This document shows positions 45,085 to 54,098 of a stretch of DNA of 64,000 bases, one piece after another (the stretch's first letter is position 1; each line of letters starts with the position of its first letter). Made by a program: the position numbers and the translations under genes. Origin of the DNA: an uncultured Candidatus Saccharibacteria bacterium. Lineage in GTDB: Bacteria > Patescibacteriota > Minisyncoccia > Minisyncoccales > CAZBVF01. Under the pieces are notes generated by a model. The model did no database searches. It worked only from the letters and a program-made list of their open reading frames with translations, and was not told the origin of the DNA. Location: assembly GCA_964553275.1 (NCBI GenBank), contig CAZKKG010000001.1, positions 36,993 to 100,992 of the forward strand, in the 5' to 3' direction.

Positions 45085-46023
45085 TTACCACAACCTCAAC
45101 TCTCCCCCAGCATTATTTTCCCCCGCTTCTGGCAAATGTTTAATAATACTCTCAAAACCAAAATCCTTTAAGGCTTCCGCTGCCTGCTCTCTGTTGCATC
45201 CTCGCCACCGGCAGTCATTTAAATTAAACTTCAAGGGTACATTCAACTCTATCTGAGCAAGTTCTCTGCTGAACAAGACTTGGTCCTTAGATTTAATTAG
45301 GATTTCTTTCAGTTTCGGCTTTAAAGATTGTGCCTCCTTGCTGTCTCTTTCCAAATGCTCGTAAAGTTCATCAACGGTAGCAAATTTCTTAATTAAATCC
45401 ACAGCTGTCTTTTCCCCTATTCCCGGAGCTCCGGGAATGCTATCAGAAGGATCTCCTCTCAATGCTTTGTAATCAATCATTTGTTCGGGATCAAAGCCGT
45501 ATTTTTCCTTCACGGCTTTTTTGTCGTAAAGAGTTGCTTCGCTCACTCCTTTCTTCAAACTGCAAACTCTTGTGTTTTCGTTAATCAACTGCAGAACATC
45601 TGAATCACTGCTTAAGATAATGGTTTCTATCTCGGGAAATACTTGTTTTAAAGAAAATTTATGGCCCAAAGTCCCAATTAAGTCATCTGCTTCAAATCCT
45701 TCCTTTTCAAAAACAGAAACAGAAAGAGATTCCAGTACCTGTTTCACTTTTAGAATTTGATCATAAAGTTCTTTTGGTGCCCGAGGCCTTTTATCCTTAT
45801 ACTTCTTATATTTCTTGTGGCGGAAGGTGGGAGCAGGAAAATCGAAACAAGCCACAATAAAGTCAGGATTTAATTCTCTAATTGTTTTGAAAAAAACCAT
45901 GAAAAACCCATAGACAGCATTGGAAAGATTTCCTTTTTTATCGGTCAACGGGGGAAGGGCATGAAAGGCCCTGTGTATTACAGAATTGCTGTCAATTATT
46001 ACCAAACGTTTTTTCTTATTCAT
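45085..46023 (-). CDS. stand-alone 5'-3' exonuclease (FEN/Pol I N-terminal domain family)
   Basis: 312 aa. LVIIDSNSVIHRAFHALP, conserved acidic clusters, HhH GIPGIGEKTA. Confidence 0.8.
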   Translation of the reverse strand: MNKKKRLVIIDSNSVIHRAFHALPPLTDKKGNLSNAVYGFFMVFFKTIRELNPDFIVACFDFPAPTFRHKKYKKYKDKRPRAPKELYDQILKVKQVLESLSVSVFEKEGFEADDLIGTLGHKFSLKQVFPEIETIILSSDSDVLQLINENTRVCSLKKGVSEATLYDKKAVKEKYGFDPEQMIDYKALRGDPSDSIPGAPGIGEKTAVDLIKKFATVDELYEHLERDSKEAQSLKPKLKEILIKSKDQVLFSRELAQIELNVPLKFNLNDCRWRGCNREQAAEALKDFGFESIIKHLPEAGENNAGGELRLW

Positions 46024-46505
46024 TTTAAAATTAAATCTTTAAATTTTTTAGAGTTTATCTTGATTTTCCTTGTCTTTTTATCTTCAAAAATAAAGTTTAT
46101 CAAAATCGGTTTTCCAGGCATGTTTTTCCCCATCTTTTCTGCCCATTCAACAAATACAATATTTCCAGGATTGCTTAAAATCTTCTCAAGCCCCAAGTCT
46201 AAAAGTTCTTTTGGTTTCTTAATCCTGTAGCAGTCAATATGATAGAAGTTTCTAAAAGATGATTTCCCGGCAATTTCTTTAGAAACCTTGAATCTCTTTA
46301 TTATAACAAAAGTAGGGCTTAATATCTTCTTTCTGATGCCGAGTCCCTTCGAAACCCCCTGGATAAAAGTTGTTTTCCCTCCCCCTAAATCGCCTAAAAG
46401 CCCCACAAAAAGGGCTTTCCTGCTTTTTATCTCAATCATTCTTTGGGCAAAGAGCTTCCCCAGTTCTTTTGTCTCGAGAGGCCCGGAGGTTGAATATTGA
46501 CTCAT
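46020..46505 (-). CDS. tsaE: tRNA threonylcarbamoyladenosine biosynthesis protein TsaE
   Basis: 161 aa. P-loop GDLGGGKTTF, YHIDCYR. Confidence 0.8.
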   Translation of the reverse strand: MSQYSTSGPLETKELGKLFAQRMIEIKSRKALFVGLLGDLGGGKTTFIQGVSKGLGIRKKILSPTFVIIKRFKVSKEIAGKSSFRNFYHIDCYRIKKPKELLDLGLEKILSNPGNIVFVEWAEKMGKNMPGKPILINFIFEDKKTRKIKINSKKFKDLILK

Positions 46506-46582
46506 AAGATGAAATAGGTTAATTTAAAGGAATCAAATTGCAATCATAAACGGCAATGCAATTCGTTAACTTTCTCTTTTAA

Positions 46583-47698
46583 TTGTACAACATGTTTCAA
46601 GAAGCTAAAAATCTAATTGAAAAATATCAAAATATCTGCATTTTTCTACCCGAAAAGCGCGAGCTTGCTTTAATGGAGGGAGATGTTTTTTGCGCCGGGA
46701 GCGCTCTTTTTTATACTCTAGAAAAACTTGGGAAAAAAACAAGTTTATTTTTCGAAAAGGTTCCAAAAAGATTTCAGTTTATATCAAGCAATAAATCTGT
46801 TATTTCCATTAAAACAAAAGATATTGACGAACTCTCTTATGAAAAGAATCAGTATGGCTTAAAGATTTTTTTAACATCTATCAAGGGACAAATTTCTCCC
46901 AAAGAAGTTTCTTTTACCCCTCAGAACTCTTTTCAAAATTGCCAAGAAGAACCGGAACTTATAATTGTATTGGGAGCGAAAAATTTAGAAGAAGTGGGGA
47001 AGAATTTCAGCAAAAATCCAGAAGTTTTTTACAAAACACCTATTTTGAACATAGACAACCGCACTTTTAATGAAAACTTCGGAGAGGTTAATTTGGTAGA
47101 GATTAAATCGTGTTCTTTGTGCGAAGTTGTGTTTGACTTAATCAAGGAGTTTGACGAAGGTCTTATAGATAAAAACATCTCTACCGCTCTCTTAACGGGA
47201 ATTGTCTGGACTTCAGAAAATTTCAGGACAGCCAGGACTAGGCCGGAAACATTCAAAAAGGCAAGCTCCCTTATCAAGAGAGGAGCCGACCATCAAAAAA
47301 TAATCCAACATCTTTACAAAACAAAAACCCTGGCTCAAATAAAACTTCTAGGCAGGGTTTTAGAAAAGCTGACTTTTAATTCTGAAAAAGAACTGTATTA
47401 CACCAGATTAACGGAAAAGGATTTTAAAGAACACGATGCTACTTCAAAAGACTTAGCAGAAGTTCTTCAGGAGCTAAAGTTCAATTTCGGAAATCAGATA
47501 TTTGCAAACCTCTTGTTATTATGGGAAAGCCATAATTCCCCTTCCGTGATCAAGGGGATTTTCTATTCGCTCCAAGAAAACTTAATTGAAAAAGTTCTAA
47601 AGTACTTTGAGGGAACTTCTAGGGGGAAAACAGCTCTTTTCTTAATTAGAGAAGAAGGTCTCGACAAAGCTTATCAAAAGTTTTTAGAATTAATATAA
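46583..47698 (+). CDS. DHH-family (NrnA-like) protein with degenerate catalytic motifs
   Basis: 371 aa. DHH/DHHA1-like block order (GDVFCAGSAL; NIDNRTF where DHH is expected; TALLTGIVWTSENF). Confidence 0.45.
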   Translation: MYNMFQEAKNLIEKYQNICIFLPEKRELALMEGDVFCAGSALFYTLEKLGKKTSLFFEKVPKRFQFISSNKSVISIKTKDIDELSYEKNQYGLKIFLTSIKGQISPKEVSFTPQNSFQNCQEEPELIIVLGAKNLEEVGKNFSKNPEVFYKTPILNIDNRTFNENFGEVNLVEIKSCSLCEVVFDLIKEFDEGLIDKNISTALLTGIVWTSENFRTARTRPETFKKASSLIKRGADHQKIIQHLYKTKTLAQIKLLGRVLEKLTFNSEKELYYTRLTEKDFKEHDATSKDLAEVLQELKFNFGNQIFANLLLLWESHNSPSVIKGIFYSLQENLIEKVLKYFEGTSRGKTALFLIREEGLDKAYQKFLELI

Positions 47699-47700
47699 AG

Positions 47701-48978
47701 ATGATCGTAAATATTCCCACTTCAATTCTAAAAGAGATAAAAGATATTCCTGACCTCAAAAGGAAAATAGAAAAGAATTTAAAGTCTTCTATTACTGAAC
47801 TATTGGAAATTATACTTGGGGGTGCGGTTGCTTTAAAAGCATCCGATTTACATTTCGAACCCCAAAAAGACCAAACAAAAATTCGCTTAAGGGTTGATGG
47901 TTTTTTGCAAGATATTACATTTTTAAACAACGACATTTATCAGAATGTTCTGTCTCGAGTTAAAATTCTTTCTAAAATTAAATTAAATATCACGGGCCGC
48001 CCTCAGCCGGGTCGTTTCACTATTTTCTTTAAAGACAAAGAAAAGGAAAATATTGAAGTAAGGGCCTCAACCCTGCCAACCGAAAACGGAGAGTCAATAG
48101 TACTGAGAATTTTAGACCCAAAGATGTTGATTGAAACAGAAAATCTCGGGCTAAGAAAAGACCTTTTAGATTTGTTTGAAAAAGAAATTCAACGACCTAA
48201 CGGGATGATAATCATTACCGGCCCCACAGGTTCTGGAAAAACTACCACCCTATATGCCTTTTTAAAAAAGATTCAGAAACCGGGGATTAAAATCATCACT
48301 ATTGAAGACCCTCCGGAGTATCAGCTTGAAGGAATTACCCAAACACAGGTAGATCAGTCTAAAAAATATACTTTTGCTTCAGGGTTGCAATCAATTATGC
48401 GCCAAGATCCCGATGTAATATTAGTTGGAGAAATCAGAGACTCTGAAACAGCGAAAATCGCTATTCAGGCTGCCCTTACCGGACATTTGGTCTTAACCAC
48501 CCTTCACACCAATGATGCTCCAGGCACCATAGCAAGGTTGGTAAGCTTAGAGGCAGAACCCGTAAACATAGGGCCTGCAATAAATATAGCAATTGCTCAA
48601 AGGTTAGTAAGAAAATTATGCCCCAAGTGCCGCCAAGTAAAAGAAGCCACCCCTGAAGAGATAAAAAGAATAAAGGATAGCTTAAAAAATATTCCAAAAG
48701 AGATAGGTGCCCCGGAGATTAAGGAAGGATTAAAGCTCCCTAAGGCAAAAGGATGTAAATACTGCAACTTTACTGGTTACAGGGAAAGAATAGGTATTTT
48801 TGAATCTTTCCTCGTGGATGAGGAAATAGAAAAGTTCATACTAAACAATCCTTCCATATCTTCATTAAGAGAAAAAGTTATTAAAAAAGGTATGGTAAAA
48901 ATGAAACAGGACGGATTAATCAAGGTTCTTAAGCAAGATACCACATTGGAAGAAATAGAAAGAGTGACCGGAAAATAA
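47701..48978 (+). CDS. GspE/PilB-type secretion/pilus ATPase (short form)
   Basis: 425 aa. Walker A GPTGSGKTTT, Asp/His boxes, tetracysteine CPKC...CKYC typical of GspE/PilB rather than PilT. Confidence 0.8.
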   Translation: MIVNIPTSILKEIKDIPDLKRKIEKNLKSSITELLEIILGGAVALKASDLHFEPQKDQTKIRLRVDGFLQDITFLNNDIYQNVLSRVKILSKIKLNITGRPQPGRFTIFFKDKEKENIEVRASTLPTENGESIVLRILDPKMLIETENLGLRKDLLDLFEKEIQRPNGMIIITGPTGSGKTTTLYAFLKKIQKPGIKIITIEDPPEYQLEGITQTQVDQSKKYTFASGLQSIMRQDPDVILVGEIRDSETAKIAIQAALTGHLVLTTLHTNDAPGTIARLVSLEAEPVNIGPAINIAIAQRLVRKLCPKCRQVKEATPEEIKRIKDSLKNIPKEIGAPEIKEGLKLPKAKGCKYCNFTGYRERIGIFESFLVDEEIEKFILNNPSISSLREKVIKKGMVKMKQDGLIKVLKQDTTLEEIERVTGK

Positions 48979-49040
48979 GAACCTGCCTCGCTGACGCTCG
49001 ACAGAATCTTGATTCGCCAAGGGATAAACATATATTCTTG

Positions 49041-49187
49041 AAATAAAACAGCCCCGGAGCTGGGGGGGAATGCTCTAGCTTTGGGATCTAAAGTTTAGAA
49101 TTTTTCTGAGGAGTGGCCTCGTCTATAAAACCAGGACATCCAGCTAAGAAAAACTCCTAAACCCCCAGCTCTGGAACTGTTTTATTT
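49041..49187. repeat. 147-nt element bounded by 26-bp inverted repeats
   Basis: L arm aaataaaacagccccggagctggggg (49041-68) pairs with R arm cccccagctctggaactgttttattt (49162-87): 24 of 26 positions pair. Confidence 0.45.
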
Positions 49188-49243
49188 AAACAATGATAGA
49201 GTATTATAGCAAAGTAAAATAACCTTGTCAAGCACCCTAAACT

Positions 49244-50248
49244 ATGGAAACCTACCCTGAACCAATTAAAGAAGAAAATACGTTAGAGTCAACCCTACGG
49301 CCTGGTAGCTGGCAGGAATACATAGGTCAGGATAGGGTAAAAAAGAATATTAGGATAATTATTACAGCAGCAAAGCAAAGAAGAGAAATGCCGGAACATC
49401 TGCTTTTATACGGAAATAGCGGCCTAGGAAAAACTACCCTGGCTTATTTAATTGCAAAAGAAATGGGCGCTAGTATTCGAGTGACTTCCGGACCCTCTAT
49501 TGAAAGAGCGGGAGATCTAGCGGCAATTCTTACCAATCTTTCCCCCGGAGACATCCTCTTTATAGATGAGCTCCATCGCCTTAATAAGTTTTGTGAGGAA
49601 ATAATCTATCCTGCGATGGAAGATGCTAGACTAAACCTCATTCTCGGCAGAGGACCGATGGCAAGAACAATAAATCTGGAACTGCCTCCGTTCACCTTAA
49701 TCGGAGCCACAACTAAGATAGCCCTCTTGTCCCCACCTCTGCGCAACAGGTTCGGAGCAACTTTCCAACTTAACCTCTATACTCAAGAAAATATTGAAAG
49801 AATAATATCAAGGTCTGCAGGAATCTTGAAAGTAAAGACTTCTCCCGAAGCGACTAAGACAATTGCCGAAAGGTCTCGTTCCAATCCAAGGATAGCAAAC
49901 CGCCTCCTTAAAAGAGTCAGAGATTTTGCCCAAATTGAAGGCAAGGGCGTAATTGATTCCGATATATCTAAAAAAGCATTAGAATTTCTGGAGATAGATG
50001 ACTTCGGACTAGAACCGGCAGACCGTAGAATAATTGAAACGATTATTAAAAAATTTGAAGGCGGACCGGTAGGAATTCAGGCGCTGGCAGCAGCAACATC
50101 GGAGGAACAAGATGCTATTTTAGACATTTATGAGCCCTATTTAATGCAGCTCGGTTTTATTGAAAGGACTCCGCGCGGGAGAACAGCAACGAAATCGGCT
50201 TATCAGCACCTGGGAGTGAAGTACAGGGGAAAACAAACCTTACTTTAA
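49244..50248 (+). CDS. ruvB: Holliday junction DNA helicase RuvB
   Basis: 334 aa. LLYGNSGLGKTTLA, sensor motifs, C-terminal winged helix. Confidence 0.95.
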   Translation: METYPEPIKEENTLESTLRPGSWQEYIGQDRVKKNIRIIITAAKQRREMPEHLLLYGNSGLGKTTLAYLIAKEMGASIRVTSGPSIERAGDLAAILTNLSPGDILFIDELHRLNKFCEEIIYPAMEDARLNLILGRGPMARTINLELPPFTLIGATTKIALLSPPLRNRFGATFQLNLYTQENIERIISRSAGILKVKTSPEATKTIAERSRSNPRIANRLLKRVRDFAQIEGKGVIDSDISKKALEFLEIDDFGLEPADRRIIETIIKKFEGGPVGIQALAAATSEEQDAILDIYEPYLMQLGFIERTPRGRTATKSAYQHLGVKYRGKQTLL

Positions 50249-51039
50249 TGAAGGTTCTTAATTCAAGACCACATATTCATTCCTTAACGAATCAAGGTTC
50301 TCGAGCAGAGCGAGAGGTTCTTAAAAAAATCTGGCTTCCTTTGCTTATACTGACTGAATTAATATCAGCCGATTTTATTTCAGCAGATAACCCCTGCTTA
50401 GTCATTAATGAAATAGCTTGGATGGGAAACGCCTATTCCTACGCCGATGAATGGATAGAGCTTTACAACTGCAGTTCCTACGATATAAATGTTGAAGGAT
50501 GGATATTAAAAGCCCAAGACGGATCCCCTAATATAGGACTGCAAGGGATTATTCCTCCAAAAGGTTTTTACCTGCTCGAAAGGACAAACGACGAGACGTT
50601 GCCAGACATTACAGCTGATCTAATTTATTCCGGAGCGCTGGGAAATGAAGGCGAAACCTTGGAGCTTTATGACAATTGGAAAAATCCAATTGATAAAGTG
50701 AACTGTTCTTCGGGATGGTTCAAAGGAGACAATAAAAGTAAAAAGACTATGGAGAGAAAAGATGTTCAGAAAGGAGAGGCTTCTGCTAAAGACTGGCAGA
50801 CAAGCGAGATTATTGGAGGCACTCCAAAACAAAAGAACAGCGTTCCCGTTCAGAAACTAGAAATATTAAAAAATCAGGAAGAGAATCTCAAGGAGGATAA
50901 AGCGGTTGTTCTGCCTTTGGAAAAAGAGAGCTCTCCTTTTAAATATCTTATTCCCGCCTTGTTTTGCGCATTTTTTTCTTCAATAATAATATTAATTCTT
51001 AAAAAAACCGTTAAAAAAGTGTATAATAATCATATATGA
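50248..51039 (+). CDS. lamin-tail-domain (LTD) protein with C-terminal membrane anchor
   Basis: 263 aa. LVINEIAWMG...EWIELYN...DINVEGWIL matches LTD signature. C-terminal hydrophobic helix. Confidence 0.55.
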   Translation: MKVLNSRPHIHSLTNQGSRAEREVLKKIWLPLLILTELISADFISADNPCLVINEIAWMGNAYSYADEWIELYNCSSYDINVEGWILKAQDGSPNIGLQGIIPPKGFYLLERTNDETLPDITADLIYSGALGNEGETLELYDNWKNPIDKVNCSSGWFKGDNKSKKTMERKDVQKGEASAKDWQTSEIIGGTPKQKNSVPVQKLEILKNQEENLKEDKAVVLPLEKESSPFKYLIPALFCAFFSSIIILILKKTVKKVYNNHI

Positions 51040-51755
51040 GCGGACACTCACACTGGAGTTCAATAAAATATCAGAAAAGCGCAACCGACGCTAAAAAAAG
51101 CAAGGCGTTTTCAAAATTAGCCCGTCTTATTGCTGTTGCCGCAAGAGAGAAAGGAGGGGATCCTAATTTTAATCCTAACTTAAGGATTGCCATTGAAAAG
51201 GCTCACTCTTTCAATATGCCCAAAGAAAAAATAGAGAATGCAATTAAGAAGGGTACCGGAGAACTTGAAGGAGTTTCGTTTGAAGAATTCACCTTTGAAG
51301 CTTACGGTCCCGGGGGGATAGCCATAATTATCGAGGGAATTACCGATAATAGAAACCGCTCTATAGGGGAAATAAAGCAAATCTTAGCTAAACACGGAGG
51401 AAAGTTAGCGGAAGAAGGATCCGTAAAATGGATGTTTGAAAGAAAAGGGTGTACTATTGTTAATACTCAAGAGCAAGATAAAGAAGACCTGGAACTAAAA
51501 GTAATCGAGGCAGGAGCGGAAGATACTTGCTGGGAAAAAGATTCCCTTGCAGTTTACATAAAAGTTGAAGATTTAGAAAAAGTTAAGAAAGAACTAGAAA
51601 ACAAGGGTCTTAAAATTGAGTCCTCCTCTCTTGAATGGGCAGCAAAGGAAAATATAGAGATCGACGAAAAGAATAAACAATCCTGCTATGAGCTATTTGA
51701 ACTTTTAGATGAGAATGATTCCGTGCAGGAAATATATTCAAACTTTTCATTTTAA
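51036..51755 (+). CDS. yebC: YebC/PmpR family DNA-binding regulator
   Basis: 239 aa. MSGHSHWSSIKYQK... Confidence 0.9.
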   Translation: MSGHSHWSSIKYQKSATDAKKSKAFSKLARLIAVAAREKGGDPNFNPNLRIAIEKAHSFNMPKEKIENAIKKGTGELEGVSFEEFTFEAYGPGGIAIIIEGITDNRNRSIGEIKQILAKHGGKLAEEGSVKWMFERKGCTIVNTQEQDKEDLELKVIEAGAEDTCWEKDSLAVYIKVEDLEKVKKELENKGLKIESSSLEWAAKENIEIDEKNKQSCYELFELLDENDSVQEIYSNFSF

Positions 51756-51808
51756 TGTTTGCTCGCCAAAATTCTTGAAACAAAACTTAGGCGAGCCCAG
51801 ATGTTTAC

Positions 51809-52303
51809 ATGATTATTATAGGCATTGATCCTGGCACAGCCATTACCGGATATGGAATTATCGAGAAAGACAAAAAATATCTTAAATGTCTGGAATATGG
51901 CTGTATTAGAACAGAACCCACCCTTCCGCAAGGAGAACGTCTTAAAAAAATAAATAGCGAGCTAAATAAGCTTATTAGAAAGCACCGTCCTGAAGTTATG
52001 GCAGTAGAGAATATCTATTTTTTTAAGAATCTCAAAACGGCAATGCCCGTAAGCCAGTCTAAGGGCATTATTTTATTCACGGCAGCAAAAAAGAAAATAC
52101 CGGTCTATGAATTTACTCCCCTTCAAGTAAAGATGACTGTAACCGGATTCGGAAGAGCGAGCAAAAAACAAGTGCAGGAAATGATAAAAGTTATTTTTAA
52201 ACTAGAAAAAATCCCCAAACCCGATGATGCTGCCGATGCCCTTGGTATAGCAATTTGTTGCGCAAACGCTCTTAATTATAAAGAGAGCATAAGGAGGGGT
52301 TGA
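51809..52303 (+). CDS. ruvC: crossover junction endodeoxyribonuclease RuvC
   Basis: 164 aa. IIGIDPGTAITGYGII. Confidence 0.9.
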   Translation: MIIIGIDPGTAITGYGIIEKDKKYLKCLEYGCIRTEPTLPQGERLKKINSELNKLIRKHRPEVMAVENIYFFKNLKTAMPVSQSKGIILFTAAKKKIPVYEFTPLQVKMTVTGFGRASKKQVQEMIKVIFKLEKIPKPDDAADALGIAICCANALNYKESIRRG

Positions 52304-52386
52304 CCCCGTAGTGAAAATTTGACATCCGCTCTTTCGGCGGAAAATAAATTTATGAAGCAAATTTCAGTCAAATTTCTACTACGGGG

Positions 52387-52416
52387 TTGACATTATCTTT
52401 AAATAGACATTATAAT
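52387..52416 (+). promoter_or_regulatory. near-consensus sigma70-type promoter
   Basis: TTGACA (52387-92), 18-nt spacer, TATAAT (52411-16), oriented toward the ORF at 52495. The -35 lies in the right arm of a 25-bp inverted repeat (52299-52323 / 52367-52392). Confidence 0.45.
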
Positions 52417-52494
52417 GGTTCTTGTAGATATCTTTTAACAATTCGTTAAAGTTAAAGGTCGAGAATAAAAAAAGAAAATATCATAGACAAAGTT

Positions 52495-52722
52495 ATGTTT
52501 TTAAACCAATTAGATAATTTCCCAGGCGACACTGAAGAGACTCCTGAAAAGACTCCCGAGACCCCGGAGGAAGAAACAGAAGAAGCTTCAACCGAAGAAG
52601 AGTCTCCTGAAAAAGAAACAGAAGAATCATCTGAAGAGGAAGAAGAAGACGATGGTGATGACGAAAAAGAGGAGAAGGAAAAAGAAGAAGAAGAGCCAGA
52701 AGAAGAAAGTGAAACTCTATAA
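52495..52722 (+). CDS. small highly acidic (Glu-rich) protein
   Basis: 75 aa, more than 50% Glu/Asp. Consensus promoter upstream, strong terminator downstream. Could still be a low-complexity artefact. Confidence 0.35.
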   Translation: MFLNQLDNFPGDTEETPEKTPETPEEETEEASTEEESPEKETEESSEEEEEDDGDDEKEEKEKEEEEPEEESETL

Positions 52723-52726
52723 AATT

Positions 52727-52752
52727 AAACCCCCGTCTTTCGGGGGTTTTAA
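52727..52752. terminator. bidirectional intrinsic terminator
   Basis: aaaccccc-gtctttc-gggggtttt between the convergent acidic ORF and tyrS. Confidence 0.7.
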
Positions 52753-52778
52753 CTTATATTAAAGTAAAACGACTTAAT

Positions 52779-53972
52779 TTATTTTATTTGAACAAATCTT
52801 CTCTTCCCTACTTGAACAACTTGACCTTTTTTTATCTTAATCTTTTCCTTCCAATCATTTTTAACCTTCCCGTCTATTTTTACTCCTCCTTGTAATATTA
52901 AGCGCCTAGCCTCTGTTTTAGAAGGGGCTAGATTTATTTTGACCAGAAGAGAACAAGTATCTATAACTGAATCTTTCACCATAGCCAGTCGTATTTTTGA
53001 GGGAATCTTTTTTTCTCTAAAAACTCTACTAAATTCCTTCTCTGCTTTTTGAGCTGCATTCTCTGAGTGATAGTCTTTAACTATTCCAAAAGCAAGCTTT
53101 CTTTTGAGTTCTATAGGATTAATTTTCTTTAGCCTCAACCTTTCTTTGTACTCTTTTACTTTTTTGGAAGGGACGTCAGTAAAAAGTTCAAAATATGAAA
53201 TAATTAAATTGTCGGATATAGACATCACTTTGCCAAACATCTCGTTTGGAGAATCCAAAATCCAAATACAATTGCCCGATGTCTTGCTCATTTGCCTGCC
53301 GTCGGTCCCCAAGGCCATGGGCACGGTTATTATAAACTTCTCTCTATCGTTCATTTTCCTCTGAAGTTCTCTTCCTATGAGCATATTGAAAACTTGGTCC
53401 GTTCCTCCAATTTCAAGGTCAACATCCATAACCACCGAATCATATCCTTGAAGTAATGGATATAAAGTCTCATGGACAAATACAGTGTCTCCGCTTTTTA
53501 CCCTCCTCTGGAACATTTCCCTTTGAAAAAGCTTTATTGCCGATATATTAGAAGCAATATTAATAATGTCTTTTAATTTTAACTTTAAGAGCCAATCTCC
53601 GTTGTGCTTTATCTTCACTTTTGAAAAATCTAAAATCTTTCCTGCTTGTTTTTTCCATCCTTTAATATTTTCCCTTACCTCTTTTTCCGTAATATCGGCT
53701 CTTTTTGACGACCTTAAAGAAGGATCCCCCGTAAGCACCGTTCCCGTACCGATTAATAGGATGACGTCGTGACCCAGGTCGGCAAACTCCTGAAGCTTTT
53801 TCAATGGAATTGCGTGGCCTAAGTGTAAATTCCCTCCCGTAGGGTCTATTCCCAGGTAAACCTTTATTTTCTTTTTCATTAGACTCGCAAGTTCTTTTTT
53901 ACCGGGTATGACTTCGGCAACCCTGCGAGTTAATGTTCCTTCAATTTTTTTCGGATTTTTATTTATCCTCAT
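52779..53972 (-). CDS. tyrS: tyrosine--tRNA ligase
   Basis: HIGH (GNLHLGH), KMSKS (KMSKTSGN), C-terminal S4 domain. Start moved to Met13 (MRINKNPKK); the ORF-track start at 54008 adds 12 aa. Confidence 0.9.
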   Translation of the reverse strand: MRINKNPKKIEGTLTRRVAEVIPGKKELASLMKKKIKVYLGIDPTGGNLHLGHAIPLKKLQEFADLGHDVILLIGTGTVLTGDPSLRSSKRADITEKEVRENIKGWKKQAGKILDFSKVKIKHNGDWLLKLKLKDIINIASNISAIKLFQREMFQRRVKSGDTVFVHETLYPLLQGYDSVVMDVDLEIGGTDQVFNMLIGRELQRKMNDREKFIITVPMALGTDGRQMSKTSGNCIWILDSPNEMFGKVMSISDNLIISYFELFTDVPSKKVKEYKERLRLKKINPIELKRKLAFGIVKDYHSENAAQKAEKEFSRVFREKKIPSKIRLAMVKDSVIDTCSLLVKINLAPSKTEARRLILQGGVKIDGKVKNDWKEKIKIKKGQVVQVGKRRFVQIK

Positions 53973-54098
53973 AAAGATAATTAAAGTTATATACCTTAAA
54001 TTTAGCATTTGTTATTTTTAAAATCAACTCATCTTTCTTATTGCTTGCTGCCTGCTGAGTGGTATGATAAAATAAATTCCTCTAAAATAATATTTATT

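Noticed and set aside
48979-49243. RNase P RNA or 6S RNA in the 265-nt pilB-ruvB spacer
   Set aside because: No P4-type conserved sequence (AGGAAAGUCCGGGCUCC and partner). The element is a simple long hairpin with TIR-like arms and is too short for RNase P RNA. 6S cannot be excluded by eye but lacks the typical central-bubble asymmetry.
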